Source of the DNA: Candidatus Eiseniibacteriota bacterium
GTDB lineage: Bacteria > Eisenbacteria > RBG-16-71-46
DNA length: 64,000 nucleotides
Direction of reading: 5' to 3'
Assembly (NCBI GenBank): GCA_963725865.1
Contig: CAVSAC010000010.1
Span: forward strand, 768,001 to 832,000
The notes under the pieces are model-generated. The model was not told the DNA's origin, made no database searches, and saw only the letters and a list, made by a program, of their open reading frames with translations. Of this stretch, positions 1 to 11,683 are shown piece after piece. A program made the position numbers and the translations under genes. Position 1 is the stretch's first letter. Every line of letters begins with the position of its first letter.

Positions 1-559
1 GCGCGGCAGCCGCGACCCCGCGAAGCTCGAGGGCTGGCGGTCCACTGCCGGCCCGCGCGCTTCGGTCGGCACCTTCGAGGCCGCGGCGCGCCACGGCGAG
101 GTGGTGGTGCTCGCGCTCAAGGGCACCGCCGCGGAGTCGGTGGTGAAGTCGGTCGCGGGCGCGCTGGCCGGCAAGGTGGTGATCGACACCACGAATCCGA
201 TCGCGGAATCACCCCCGCAGGACGGCGTGATCCGCTACTTCACCGACATCAACGAGTCGCTGATGGAACGCCTGCAGGCGCTGGCGCCGCAGGCGCGCTT
301 CGTGAAGGCGTTCTCGTGCGTGGGGAACGCGCTGATGGTCGATCCCGCGCTGCCGTCGAAGCCCACCATGTTCATGTGCGGCAACGACGCGGCCGCCCGG
401 GCCACGGTGCAGGAGATCCTGACGCGCTTCGGCTGGGAATGGGACGACTGCGGGACCGCGGTCGCCGCGCGCGCGATCGAGCCGCTGGCGATGTTGTGGT
501 GCATCCCGGGCTTCCTGCGCAACGACTGGGTGCACGCGTTTCGTCTGCTGCGGCCTTAG
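1..559 (+). CDS. NADPH-dependent F420 reductase / F420_oxidored family oxidoreductase (5' end outside window)
   Basis: Frame is open from the window edge (RGSRDPAKL...). Family-typical motifs GKVVIDTTNP, FVKAFS and a C-terminal ARAIEPL. Confidence 0.75.
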   Translation, partial: RGSRDPAKLEGWRSTAGPRASVGTFEAAARHGEVVVLALKGTAAESVVKSVAGALAGKVVIDTTNPIAESPPQDGVIRYFTDINESLMERLQALAPQARFVKAFSCVGNALMVDPALPSKPTMFMCGNDAAARATVQEILTRFGWEWDDCGTAVAARAIEPLAMLWCIPGFLRNDWVHAFRLLRP

Positions 560-610
560 CGCCGCCCGGCGGGGGACTCCTGCGGCCGGGCGGCGTCTGC
601 GGTCGACGGT

Positions 611-1051
611 CTAGTCGCGGTCGTGCTCGCGCACGTGCTCGTGGCCCCGCCGCTCGGCCATCTCGCGGCGCTGGCCCCGCGCCGGACCCATGCGATGCGG
701 GTGGTGCTTCCAGTGGCGATCGGGCACCCGCCAGACCGCGACGGGCACCGCGCGGTCCTGGACGCGCATGAACGGGCCGCGCCACGACGAGCACCGGTAC
801 CAGTGGTCGTCGCGCATCACCCACCACGCGTCGCGATAGCGGAACATGTCGTCGTTGCAGCGCCGATCCTGCACGACGTAGACGTCGGCATCGCGCACGT
901 ACACCACATCCGGCTGCGTGCGGTAGCTGAACCGCAGCGTCGTCGGACCGTCGGAGATCCGGGCGTCGACCCCGACCGAGGACTGCGCGTGCGCCATCAT
1001 CGGCAGGGCACCGATCAGGGCGATTGCCATCCAGATTCGAGCTTCCCGCAT
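611..1051 (-). CDS. Hypothetical secreted protein, Trp/His/Arg-rich (146 aa)
   Basis: GGAGGAG RBS before the ATG at 1051. Signal peptide MREARIWMAIALIGALPMMAHA-Q, then DDMFRYRDAWW..DDHWYR..SWRGPF and a charged low-complexity tail. Confidence 0.7.
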   Translation of the reverse strand: MREARIWMAIALIGALPMMAHAQSSVGVDARISDGPTTLRFSYRTQPDVVYVRDADVYVVQDRRCNDDMFRYRDAWWVMRDDHWYRCSSWRGPFMRVQDRAVPVAVWRVPDRHWKHHPHRMGPARGQRREMAERRGHEHVREHDRD

Positions 1052-1345
1052 GACTCCTCCTCGCCGCCGTCGAGCCACCCCCGTCCGGGGAGCGGAGCGG
1101 CGGTCAGCGGATCTCGCAGCGTCCGTGCCAGCGCCCCCCGGGAGCCCGCGCCCCGAGCAGTCGCAATGGGTTCGCCCGCGGGATGTTCGCGAGGGCACGA
1201 GCCGCGGTCGGGAGTTTCGCATCGTCGTCGCGCGTCGGCCACGCCGCCGGGCGCCGACGCCGCTGGCGGGTTTGCTAGGATGACCCGGTCCGCGGCCGCA
1301 CCACCGCAACCGCACTCCACCTGTCATCCGTCACGGAGGACTCTC

Positions 1346-2236
1346 ATGGTCGCCCGGGCCTGGATCGCCGCCGCGCTGTTGCTCGCCGCCCCCGCCGCAC
1401 GCGCCGAGGACCCGCACGCCGGCCACGCGCACGAGCCCCCTCCTGCGTCCGCGACCGCACCCGCCGCCCGCGAGCCCGGGCTGCCGCCCGGCGAGGAGTC
1501 CGCGCGCGCGGCGCTCGACCAGTCGCCGCGGCACGGCGAGTTCGTGGACGTCGCGGTACCCGGCAGCGCGACGCCGATCCGCACCTGGGTGGTGTACCCC
1601 GAGCGTCGCGAGAAGGCGGGCGTGGTGCTGCTCATCCATGAGATCTACGGCCTCAGCGACTGGCTGCGCGCGGTCGCCGACCAGTGCGCGCGCGAGGGCT
1701 TCATCGCGGTGGCGCCCGACCTGATCTCGGGCTTCGGCCCGGGCGGCGGCGGCACCGAGTCGGTCGCGAGCCGCGATTCGGTGGTGCAGCTGGTGCGCAA
1801 CCTCACGTCGGAGCTCACCCGCGCGCGGCTCGACGCGGTGACCGACTGGGCCTCGCGCATCCCGTCCGCGAACGGCCGCGTGGCGACGCTCGGTTTCTGC
1901 TGGGGCGGCGGACGCTCCTTCGAGTACGCCGCCCTCCAGCCGCGGCTGCGGGCGGCGGTGGTCTACTACGGAGCCTCACCCGACAGCGCGTTGCTGCCCG
2001 AGGTGAAGGTGCCGGTGCTCGGCCTCTACGGCGGCGACGACGCCCGCGTGGACGCCACCATCGAGCCGGCGAAGCGCGTGCTGGACCGCCTCCATCGCCG
2101 CTACGAGCCGCATGTCTACGAGGGCGCCGGCCACGGCTTCCTGCGCGCGCAGAGCCTGCGCGACGGCGCCAACCAGAAGGCCGCCCGGCAGGCGTGGCCG
2201 CGCACGGTGACGTTCCTGCGCCGCTACCTGGAGTAG
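1346..2236 (+). CDS. Dienelactone hydrolase family protein with signal peptide
   Basis: GGAGG RBS and ATG at 1346. Motifs IHEIYGL, GFCWGG (nucleophile Cys) and GAGHGF; His-rich EDPHAGHAHE follows the signal peptide. Confidence 0.9.
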   Translation: MVARAWIAAALLLAAPAARAEDPHAGHAHEPPPASATAPAAREPGLPPGEESARAALDQSPRHGEFVDVAVPGSATPIRTWVVYPERREKAGVVLLIHEIYGLSDWLRAVADQCAREGFIAVAPDLISGFGPGGGGTESVASRDSVVQLVRNLTSELTRARLDAVTDWASRIPSANGRVATLGFCWGGGRSFEYAALQPRLRAAVVYYGASPDSALLPEVKVPVLGLYGGDDARVDATIEPAKRVLDRLHRRYEPHVYEGAGHGFLRAQSLRDGANQKAARQAWPRTVTFLRRYLE

Positions 2237-2398
2237 GTCGCCGTCGTGCCGGGTCCGCGTCCGTGACCGCACTGGACGCGGACCCGGTCGCGGGCGTATC
2301 AGTACCTGCGCGCGGGCACCTCCCCGGTCCCGCGTCCCGGATCTCGATGCCCGGTCCCCCCCCCGGCGACGCGTGAACCCACTGCCCAGGAGTCGCCG

Positions 2399-3490
2399 GT
2401 GGCGTCCCGCCGCACGTCCCACCCGCAGCCGCTCGCCCGCCGCACGCTCGCACTCGCCCTGGCCGCCGTCGCCGTCGCGGGCGCGCTCGCGCTGCTCGCC
2501 GCGACGCCGCGCGCCCAGGAACCGCCGCCGGCACCCGCCAATCCGCACGGGCGCTTCCAGGGCGACTGCTCGGAATGCCACAGCGCCGACGCGTGGCGGC
2601 CCGCCCGCATCAGCCGGCGCTTCGACCACCGCAAGCGGTCGGGCTTCGCGCTCACCGGCGCGCACCTGGCCGCCGGCTGCCGCGCGTGCCATGCCTCGCT
2701 CGACTTCACGCAGGTCCAGCGCGAGTGCGTCGCCTGTCACCTCGATCCGCACGTGGGCGAGTTCGGTCCCGACTGCGCGCGCTGTCACACCACGCGCACC
2801 TTCATCGACCGCGCGGGCTTCGTCCGCATGCACCAACTCACGCGCCTGCCGCTGGTCGGCGGGCACGCCGCCCTCGACTGCCAGGCGTGCCATCCCCCGG
2901 TCTCGCAGGGACACGCCCGCTACGCCACCGCGTCGTCCGGTTGTCGTGACTGCCACGCGCCCGGCACCCAGCCCGACCATCGCGGCTTCTCCTCCGACTG
3001 CGCGACCTGCCACACGATGATGGCGTGGCGCCCGTCGCGGTTCGACCACTCGCGCACCGGCTTCCCGCTCACGTGTCCGCACCGCGCGCCGATCGCGTGC
3101 GTGGCGTGCCACGGCACCCCGTGGACGAACGCGGTGCCGCGGGACTGCGTCGCCTGTCATCGCGCGGCGTACGACGCCACCACCACCCCGGCACACGCCG
3201 CCGCCGGCTTCCCCACCGCGTGCGCCAGCTGCCACAAGGTGAGCGTCTGCGGGTGGACCGGCGCCAGCTTCGACCACGACGGCTTCTTCCCGATCGCGAG
3301 CGGACGCCACGGCGGCATCGCGTGCGCGACCTGTCACACGGTGAGCAGCGACTACGGGCAGTTCAGCTGCCTGAGCGGCGGCTGTCACCCGCAGGCCGAC
3401 ACCGACGGGCGGCACGGCGGCGTCCGCAACTACCGCTACGACAGCCAGGCCTGCTACGGCTGCCACCCGCGCGGCGCGGGCGGGGGTTGA
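2399..3490 (+). CDS. Multiheme c-type cytochrome (12 CxxCH plus one CX4CH)
   Basis: CSECH, CRACH, CVACH, CARCH, CQACH, CRDCH, CATCH, CVACH, CVACH, CASCH, CATCH and CYGCH, plus CLSGGCH. Repeated FDH..GF.L..H units; N-terminal signal peptide. Confidence 0.92.
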   Translation: MASRRTSHPQPLARRTLALALAAVAVAGALALLAATPRAQEPPPAPANPHGRFQGDCSECHSADAWRPARISRRFDHRKRSGFALTGAHLAAGCRACHASLDFTQVQRECVACHLDPHVGEFGPDCARCHTTRTFIDRAGFVRMHQLTRLPLVGGHAALDCQACHPPVSQGHARYATASSGCRDCHAPGTQPDHRGFSSDCATCHTMMAWRPSRFDHSRTGFPLTCPHRAPIACVACHGTPWTNAVPRDCVACHRAAYDATTTPAHAAAGFPTACASCHKVSVCGWTGASFDHDGFFPIASGRHGGIACATCHTVSSDYGQFSCLSGGCHPQADTDGRHGGVRNYRYDSQACYGCHPRGAGGG

Positions 3491-3492
3491 CG

Positions 3493-5091
3493 ATGCGGGG
3501 CCGGCGGCTGGTCGCCCTGCTCGCACTCGCGAGCGCGCTCGCGGCGCCCGCGCGCGCCGCGCGCGTGAGCTATGTCACCGGTGGATCGGTGTACGTGGAC
3601 GCCGGCGAAGCCGAGGGACTCCGCGCCGGGGACAGCCTCGGCGTGCTGCGCGGCGGAGCGCGGATCGCGGGCCTGCTCGCCAACTACGTCACGTTCCACC
3701 GCGCGGTCTGCGACACCGCGTGGACCGCGGCGGCGGTGCAGGTCGGCGACTCGGTGTTCTTCTCGCCCCACGTGATCGCGGTCCCGCCCGCTCCTGTGGC
3801 GGTCGCGCCACCGGGCAGCGCACCCCGGGACAGCGCGCGCGGACGCGCGGCCGCGGGGCTCGGCCGCCCGGCCGGGCTGCACGGACGGCTGGGCGCGCGC
3901 CTGTTCGCGGTCACCACCGACGGCGGCGGCCGGCTCACCCAGCCGGGCGGCGACGTACGACTCGAAGGCACCGAGCTCGGCGGCAGCCCGCTCGAGGTGG
4001 CGGCGGACTTCCGCGGCCAGCACGTGGTCAGTCGTCCGGCCGGAGGCGCCACCGTGACCGACACGCGGGGCGCGCTCTACCGCCTGACGCTCGGCGTCCG
4101 TTCCGCCGACGATCGCCGCCGCGTCACGGTCGGCCGCATGGTGGCGCCGGGCCTGGCCTCGCTCAGCCTGTTCGATGGCGCGCTGGCCGAGAGCCGCGGC
4201 GCGCGCTGGGATCTCGGCGCGTTCGCGGGCGTGCAGCCCGAGCCGCTGCGCCTGCGATTCGCGAGCGACGTCGTACAGGGCGGCGCGTTCGCGCGCTGGC
4301 ACACCACGACCGCGACCGTGCGCCGCACGCTGCTGGCCGGGCTCGCCTCGTCGACCTCGCACGGGCGGCCCGACCGCGACTTCGCGTTCCTGCAGGGCGA
4401 CTACGGCGACCGCACGGTCCGCGCGAGCCTGCAGCAGGAGGTCGATATCAACCGCGGATGGCGGCGCGAGCGCGGCGGGTCCGCGCTCACCGCGAGCGGG
4501 ACGCATGCGGATCTCACGCTCCATCTGCGGCCCCCGGGGCTCGCGCGCGGCCCGGCCCGCCGCATCACGGTGTTCGGCGGCTTCGACAGCCGCCGCAACG
4601 TGTGGGTGTACCGCGATCGCGCCACTCCCGAGACCGAGTTCGACGATCGCCTGCGCCAGGGCGCGTGGGCGGGCCTGGCACTCGACGGCGCGGACCACCT
4701 GCGCCTGAGCGGCGACGCGCGGGTCTCCACGATCGCCGGCGGAGAGCGCCAGACCGGCTGGTCGGCGGCGATCGAGGGCTCGCGCCTCGGCGCCGCGAAT
4801 CTCGGGCTGCGGGCGCGGATCGCCCGCCTCACCGGAGCGGGGCTCGTCAACCTGCTCGCCTCGGTGGGGGCGGGGCTCGACCCCAGCGACTGGGCGCACC
4901 TCGAGGTGACCGGCGGGCTGCGCCGCACTCACGACGACGTGGCCGCACTCACCGACGAGGTGCGCTGGGAGGGCGTGGACCTCGACGTGTCGCTGCCCCG
5001 GCGCACGTACCTCGACGCCTCGTTCGAGAACGACCACGGCGGAGCGGATCCGAGTCGGCAGGTGTACGCCAGCCTCTCGTGGCGATTCTAA
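3493..5091 (+). CDS. Putative outer-membrane beta-barrel protein partnered with the cytochrome
   Basis: ATG 2 nt after the cytochrome stop. Signal peptide, many amphipathic beta-strand-like segments, and C-terminal QVYASLSWRF (BAM beta-signal with terminal Phe). Confidence 0.7.
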   Translation: MRGRRLVALLALASALAAPARAARVSYVTGGSVYVDAGEAEGLRAGDSLGVLRGGARIAGLLANYVTFHRAVCDTAWTAAAVQVGDSVFFSPHVIAVPPAPVAVAPPGSAPRDSARGRAAAGLGRPAGLHGRLGARLFAVTTDGGGRLTQPGGDVRLEGTELGGSPLEVAADFRGQHVVSRPAGGATVTDTRGALYRLTLGVRSADDRRRVTVGRMVAPGLASLSLFDGALAESRGARWDLGAFAGVQPEPLRLRFASDVVQGGAFARWHTTTATVRRTLLAGLASSTSHGRPDRDFAFLQGDYGDRTVRASLQQEVDINRGWRRERGGSALTASGTHADLTLHLRPPGLARGPARRITVFGGFDSRRNVWVYRDRATPETEFDDRLRQGAWAGLALDGADHLRLSGDARVSTIAGGERQTGWSAAIEGSRLGAANLGLRARIARLTGAGLVNLLASVGAGLDPSDWAHLEVTGGLRRTHDDVAALTDEVRWEGVDLDVSLPRRTYLDASFENDHGGADPSRQVYASLSWRF

Positions 5092-5259
5092 GTGACGAGC
5101 GGGCGGCATCCGCCGCCGACCCGCGGCACGGCGGCCCGCTCGCGCCGGTGGCCGCCGGGTTGCGCCGACTCCGCGGAACCCGCACACTGCGCGATCGCGA
5201 CTCCGCAGCGGAGACCTCATCACCTCGCTTCCTCCATCCCCCGTGCATGAGAGGATTCG

Positions 5260-6165
5260 ATGCCCCAGCCCGAACAGCTCATCCACTGGCCCGACCCGCT
5301 GTTCGAACTGGTCGGCTTCCTCGCCTCGTTCCTGTCCTCGGGCGCGATCGGATTCCGCTACGGGGTGCTCGCGCGCCTGGCGCCGCCGCCCGCGGGCGCG
5401 CTGATGGCCGACGAGCAGCGCCTGCGCGCCGACGCGATCCATCGCGCGGCGCTGCTGGGAACGATCGGCATCCTGGTCAGCGCGGCGCTGCTGGGGCTAC
5501 AGCTGCCGGAACTCGCCGGGCGCCGGCACCTGACCGTCCTCCAGCTGGCGCTCGGGAACGCGATGGTGGGATCCCAGATCACGCTGCTGGCGATGGCGGT
5601 CGTCGGCTTCGTGCTGGCAAGCGTGCGCTGGAACCCGGGCTGGCTGCTGGCCGCCGCGGGAGTGCTGATCGGACCGATCCGCGCGGCGCTGTTCGGCCAG
5701 TACGAGCGGTTGCTGAGCCCGGTGCACGAGCTGGCCGCCGGGATGTGGATCGGCACGCTGTTCATGCTGGTGGTGGTGGGGATGTCCGCGACGCTGCGCA
5801 GCACCATCCCCTCGGCCCGTCGCGGAGTGGTGGTGGCCGACATGGTGTCGCGCTTCTCGCCCCTCGCGCTGGCGTCGGGGGCCGTGCTGATCCTGTTCGG
5901 CCTGCTGACCGCGTGGAGCCACCTCAAGACTCTGGATGCGCTGTGGACGACGCCCTACGGCTTCGCCCTCATCGCCAAGCTGTGCGTGGTGGGCACGGTA
6001 TTCGGGTTCGGCGCGTTCAACTGGCTCCGCCAGCGGCCGCGCCTCGGCACCGAGGCCGGCGCGCGCGCGATCCGCAGCTCCGCGACCGGCGAGCTGCTGA
6101 TCGCGATGGTCGTGCTGCTGATCACCGCGGTGCTCGTCAGTCTGCCCACGCCCGGCGACTCCTGA
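5260..6165 (+). CDS. CopD-family integral membrane protein
   Basis: Multiple TM helices with HELAAGMWIG, RFSPLAL and LWTTPYG..L.AKL motifs typical of CopD. Confidence 0.75.
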   Translation: MPQPEQLIHWPDPLFELVGFLASFLSSGAIGFRYGVLARLAPPPAGALMADEQRLRADAIHRAALLGTIGILVSAALLGLQLPELAGRRHLTVLQLALGNAMVGSQITLLAMAVVGFVLASVRWNPGWLLAAAGVLIGPIRAALFGQYERLLSPVHELAAGMWIGTLFMLVVVGMSATLRSTIPSARRGVVVADMVSRFSPLALASGAVLILFGLLTAWSHLKTLDALWTTPYGFALIAKLCVVGTVFGFGAFNWLRQRPRLGTEAGARAIRSSATGELLIAMVVLLITAVLVSLPTPGDS

Positions 6166-6264
6166 GCGGCACGCCCCGCTCGCGCGGGCGCGATGGCAGC
6201 CGGCGAGGCGACGCTCCGCGGCCGGTTGGACAAAACCATTCGGATGCCGTTTCCTAGGCGCCCT

Positions 6265-8127
<1,863 letters not shown>

Positions 8128-8334
8128 AGTCGCGGCGCGACGGGTCGACCGCACGAGCGCCGCCCGCTCGCCCGGTCGCGCCGGCGGAAATCCGACCGGA
8201 GCGCCGCCCGGACCTCACGCAATCCTCGCATCGAACGCCGCGAGCCGCTAATCTAGCGCGCGCACGCGGCTGCACGACCGCACGGCCGCACCGTGTCGAC
8301 CCACAGGGCGCTGCGCCCGGAGGAGACGAGAACG

Positions 8335-10344
8335 TTGAAGGAGATCCGCGCCTGGACGATTCGGGACTCGGCCACGCTGTACAACGTCGCCGGCTGGTCC
8401 GCAGGCTTCTTCCGCATCAACGACGCGGGCCACGTCGAGGTCACGCCGACCGGCCCCGAGGGCCGCAGTGTCGACCTGCACGACCTGGTCCTCGACCTCC
8501 AGCGCCGCGGTCTGGACATGCCCCTGCTGATGCGCTTCTCGGACATCCTGCACAGCCGGGTGGCCACCCTGTTCGGCTGCTTCGACAGCGCTATCAAGGA
8601 GTACGGCTACCGCGGCCGCTACCGCGGGGTGTTCCCGATCAAGGTCAACCAGCAGCACCAGGTGGTCGAGGAGCTGGTGCGCTTCGGCAGCCCGTTCGGG
8701 CTCGGCCTCGAGGCCGGCTCCAAGCCCGAGCTGCTCGCCGGGCTGGCGTTGCTCGACAACCCAGACGCGCTGCTGCTGCTGAATGGCTACAAGGACATCG
8801 AATACATGGAGACCGCGCTGCTGGCGCAGAAGCTGGGGCGCTACCCCATCGTGGTCATCGACCGCTTCCGCGAGCTCGACCTGCTGCTCACGGTGGCGCG
8901 CCGGCTCGGCATCCGCCCGCACATCGGGGTGCGCGCCAAGCTGACCACCAAGGGCGCCGGCAAGTGGATGGAGTCCACCGGCGACCGCTCCAAGTTCGGG
9001 CTCACGGCCACCGAGATGGTGATGCTGGTCGACAGGCTGCGCGAGCAGCAGATGCTCGACTGCCTGGAGCTGGTGCACTTCCACATCGGCTCGCAGATCT
9101 CGGCGGTGCGCGCCATCAAGGACGCGATGAAGGAAGCCTCCCGCGTCTACGTCGAGCTGGCGCACGCCGGGGCGGGGCTCAAGTTCATCGACGCCGGCGG
9201 CGGCCTTGGCGTGGACTACGACGGGTCGTCGACCAACTGGCACTCCTCGACCAACTACACCATGCAGGAGTATGCGAACGACGTCGTGGCCTCGATCCAG
9301 GACGCCTGCGAGACCGCCGGCATCGCGCATCCCGACATCATCACGGAGTCCGGCCGCGCCCTGGTCGCCCACCACTCGGTGCTGGTGTTCAACATCCTCG
9401 ATGTGAACGAGGTGCTGGTCGGTCAGACCCCGCCGCGGGTCGACAAGAAGGAGCCGCCCGTCATCCAGCAGCTGGTCGAGACCTGGCGCGGCGTCTCGCG
9501 GAAGAACTTCCAGGAGTCCTATCACGACGCGCTGCAGCTCAAGGAGGAGGCGACCAGCCTGTTCAACCTCGGGCTGCTCGACCTCCGCGGCCGCGCGCGT
9601 GTGGAGCAGCTCTTCTGGGGCTGCTGCGAGGCGATCCTCAAGATCATCCGCGAGCTGGACTACGTGCCCGACGACCTCGAAGGACTCGAGAAGGGCCTCT
9701 CCGACACCTACTACGGCAACTTCTCGGTGTTCCAGTCGACGCCCGACCACTGGGCGGTGAAGCAGCTCTTCCCCACGATGCCGCTCCACCGGCTGAACGA
9801 GCGTCCGACGCGGCGCGGCGTGATCGCCGATCTGACCTGCGACTCGGACGGCAAGATGGACCAGTTCATCGACCTGCGCGACGTGAAGAACGCGCTCGAG
9901 CTGCATCCGTTCGACGGCAAGCCCTACTACATCGGCGTGTTCCTGGTTGGCGCGTACCAGGAGATCCTCGGCGACCTGCACAACCTGTTCGGCGACACCA
10001 ACGCCGTGCACATCGCGCTCGACGAATCGGGCTATCGCATCGACCACGTGGTCGAAGGCGACTCGGTCACCGAGGTGCTCGGCTACGTGCAGTACCAGAA
10101 GTCGTACCTGATGCAGCGCATGCGGCAGGCAAACGAGGAGGCGCTGCGCAAGGGCCTGCTCACGTTCGAGGAATCCGCGCTGCTCATGAAGCGCTACGAC
10201 GACGGGCTCGCGGGCTACACCTACCTCGAGGAGGAGGAGCCCACGCTGCGGCTCGCCAACGGCGCCGCGGGACTCACGGCGGTGGGCTCCGCGCTCCATC
10301 CCGTCGAGCACCCCGAGCCGCAGGGAGCGACCGAGAGCAAGTAG
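8335..10344 (+). CDS. speA: Biosynthetic arginine decarboxylase
   Basis: FPIKVNQ (PLP Lys), GLEAGSKPEL, HFHIGSQI, TCDSDG and GAYQEILGDLHNLFGDT. Probable TTG start at 8335 after GGAGGAG; alternative GTG at 8293. Confidence 0.95.
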   Translation: MKEIRAWTIRDSATLYNVAGWSAGFFRINDAGHVEVTPTGPEGRSVDLHDLVLDLQRRGLDMPLLMRFSDILHSRVATLFGCFDSAIKEYGYRGRYRGVFPIKVNQQHQVVEELVRFGSPFGLGLEAGSKPELLAGLALLDNPDALLLLNGYKDIEYMETALLAQKLGRYPIVVIDRFRELDLLLTVARRLGIRPHIGVRAKLTTKGAGKWMESTGDRSKFGLTATEMVMLVDRLREQQMLDCLELVHFHIGSQISAVRAIKDAMKEASRVYVELAHAGAGLKFIDAGGGLGVDYDGSSTNWHSSTNYTMQEYANDVVASIQDACETAGIAHPDIITESGRALVAHHSVLVFNILDVNEVLVGQTPPRVDKKEPPVIQQLVETWRGVSRKNFQESYHDALQLKEEATSLFNLGLLDLRGRARVEQLFWGCCEAILKIIRELDYVPDDLEGLEKGLSDTYYGNFSVFQSTPDHWAVKQLFPTMPLHRLNERPTRRGVIADLTCDSDGKMDQFIDLRDVKNALELHPFDGKPYYIGVFLVGAYQEILGDLHNLFGDTNAVHIALDESGYRIDHVVEGDSVTEVLGYVQYQKSYLMQRMRQANEEALRKGLLTFEESALLMKRYDDGLAGYTYLEEEEPTLRLANGAAGLTAVGSALHPVEHPEPQGATESK

Positions 10345-10371
10345 CACGGCTCGCTCGCTCGCGAGCCGTGC
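10344..10371 (+). terminator. Perfect 11-bp hairpin immediately after the speA stop
   Basis: GCACGGCTCGC-tcgctc-GCGAGCCGTGC. There is no U-tract, so it may be a terminator or an mRNA-stabilising hairpin. Confidence 0.45.
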
Positions 10372-10474
10372 GTCCGCGGACGATCGAACGTCACCGAATC
10401 CGCGCGCCCGAACCCACCGGCGCCCGCGAGCACCGCCAGAGCGACCCGCGTGGTCGCGTTCCGGGAGAGGTTCC

Positions 10475-11674
10475 ATGAAGACCAAGCCGCAGGGCTTCCA
10501 CACCCAGCTGGTTCACGCCGGCCACCGCGACGATCCCACCGGTGCGGTGACCGTGCCCATCTACCAGTGCTCGACGTTCGCGTTCCGCAGCGCCCAGCAC
10601 GGCGCCGATCTGTTCGCGGGCGCGGCCGACGGCTTCATCTACACGCGCCTCGGCAATCCCACCATCCGCGCGCTCGAGGAATGCCTGTCCACGCTCGAGC
10701 ACGGCCACGCCGGCATCGCCACCAGCTCGGGGATGGGCGCGGTTTCGGTGCTCTACCTGGCGCTGCTCGGCCAGGGCGCCCATCTGGTGAGCACCGCCTC
10801 GGTGTATGGCCCCTCGCGCGGTCTGGTCGAGAACCAGCTGTCGCGTTTCGGAGTCACCGCCACGTTCGTCGACACCTCGGACCCCGAGAACGTGCGCCGC
10901 GCGCTGCGCCCCGAGACGAAGCTCGTCTACGTCGAGTCGCCCTCCAACCCCGCGATGCAGGTGACCGACCTGCGTGCGGTGGCCGCGATCGCGCACGCGC
11001 ATGGCGCGCTGCTGGCGGTCGACAACACCTTCGCGAGCCCCTACCTGCAGCGCCCGCTCGACCTCGGCGCCGACGTGGTGCTGCACTCGGTCACCAAGTT
11101 CATCAACGGCCACGCCGACGTGGTCGGCGGCATCCTGGTGTCGAAGACCGCGGAGCTGGACCGCCGCCTGCGGCCGATGATGATCGCGCTCGGGTGCAAC
11201 ATGGACCCGCACCAGGCGTTCCTGGTGATGCGCGGGGTCAAGACGCTGGCGATCCGCATCGAGCGCGCCCAGCAGGGCGCGATGACGATCGCGCGCTGGC
11301 TCGAGAGCCGGCCCGAGGTCGCGTGGGTGCGCTACATCGGCCTGCCCTCCCATCCACAGCACGAGCTGGCGAAGCGGCAGATGTCGGGCTTCGGCTCCAT
11401 GATCAGCTTCGAGCTGAAAGCCGGCCTCGAGGCCGGACGCTTCCTGATGGACCACGTGCAGGTCGCGACCCTCGCCGTGTCGCTCGGCGGGGTCGAGACG
11501 CTCGTCGAGCACCCGGCCTCGATGACGCACGCCGGCATGTCGCGCGATCAGCGGCTGGAGGCCGGCATCACCGACGGCCTGGTGCGCTACTCCGTGGGCA
11601 TCGAGGACGTCGCGGATCTCATCGCCGACCTCGAGCAGGCGCTGGACGCGCTGCCGAAGCCGGTGCCCGCCTGA
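10475..11674 (+). CDS. PLP-dependent methionine gamma-lyase / cystathionine gamma-lyase family
   Basis: YTRLGNPT, SSGMGA, DNTFASP, HSVTKFINGH (PLP Lys) and AVSLGGVETL. Confidence 0.9.
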   Translation: MKTKPQGFHTQLVHAGHRDDPTGAVTVPIYQCSTFAFRSAQHGADLFAGAADGFIYTRLGNPTIRALEECLSTLEHGHAGIATSSGMGAVSVLYLALLGQGAHLVSTASVYGPSRGLVENQLSRFGVTATFVDTSDPENVRRALRPETKLVYVESPSNPAMQVTDLRAVAAIAHAHGALLAVDNTFASPYLQRPLDLGADVVLHSVTKFINGHADVVGGILVSKTAELDRRLRPMMIALGCNMDPHQAFLVMRGVKTLAIRIERAQQGAMTIARWLESRPEVAWVRYIGLPSHPQHELAKRQMSGFGSMISFELKAGLEAGRFLMDHVQVATLAVSLGGVETLVEHPASMTHAGMSRDQRLEAGITDGLVRYSVGIEDVADLIADLEQALDALPKPVPA

Positions 11675-11683
11675 GCGCGAGGC

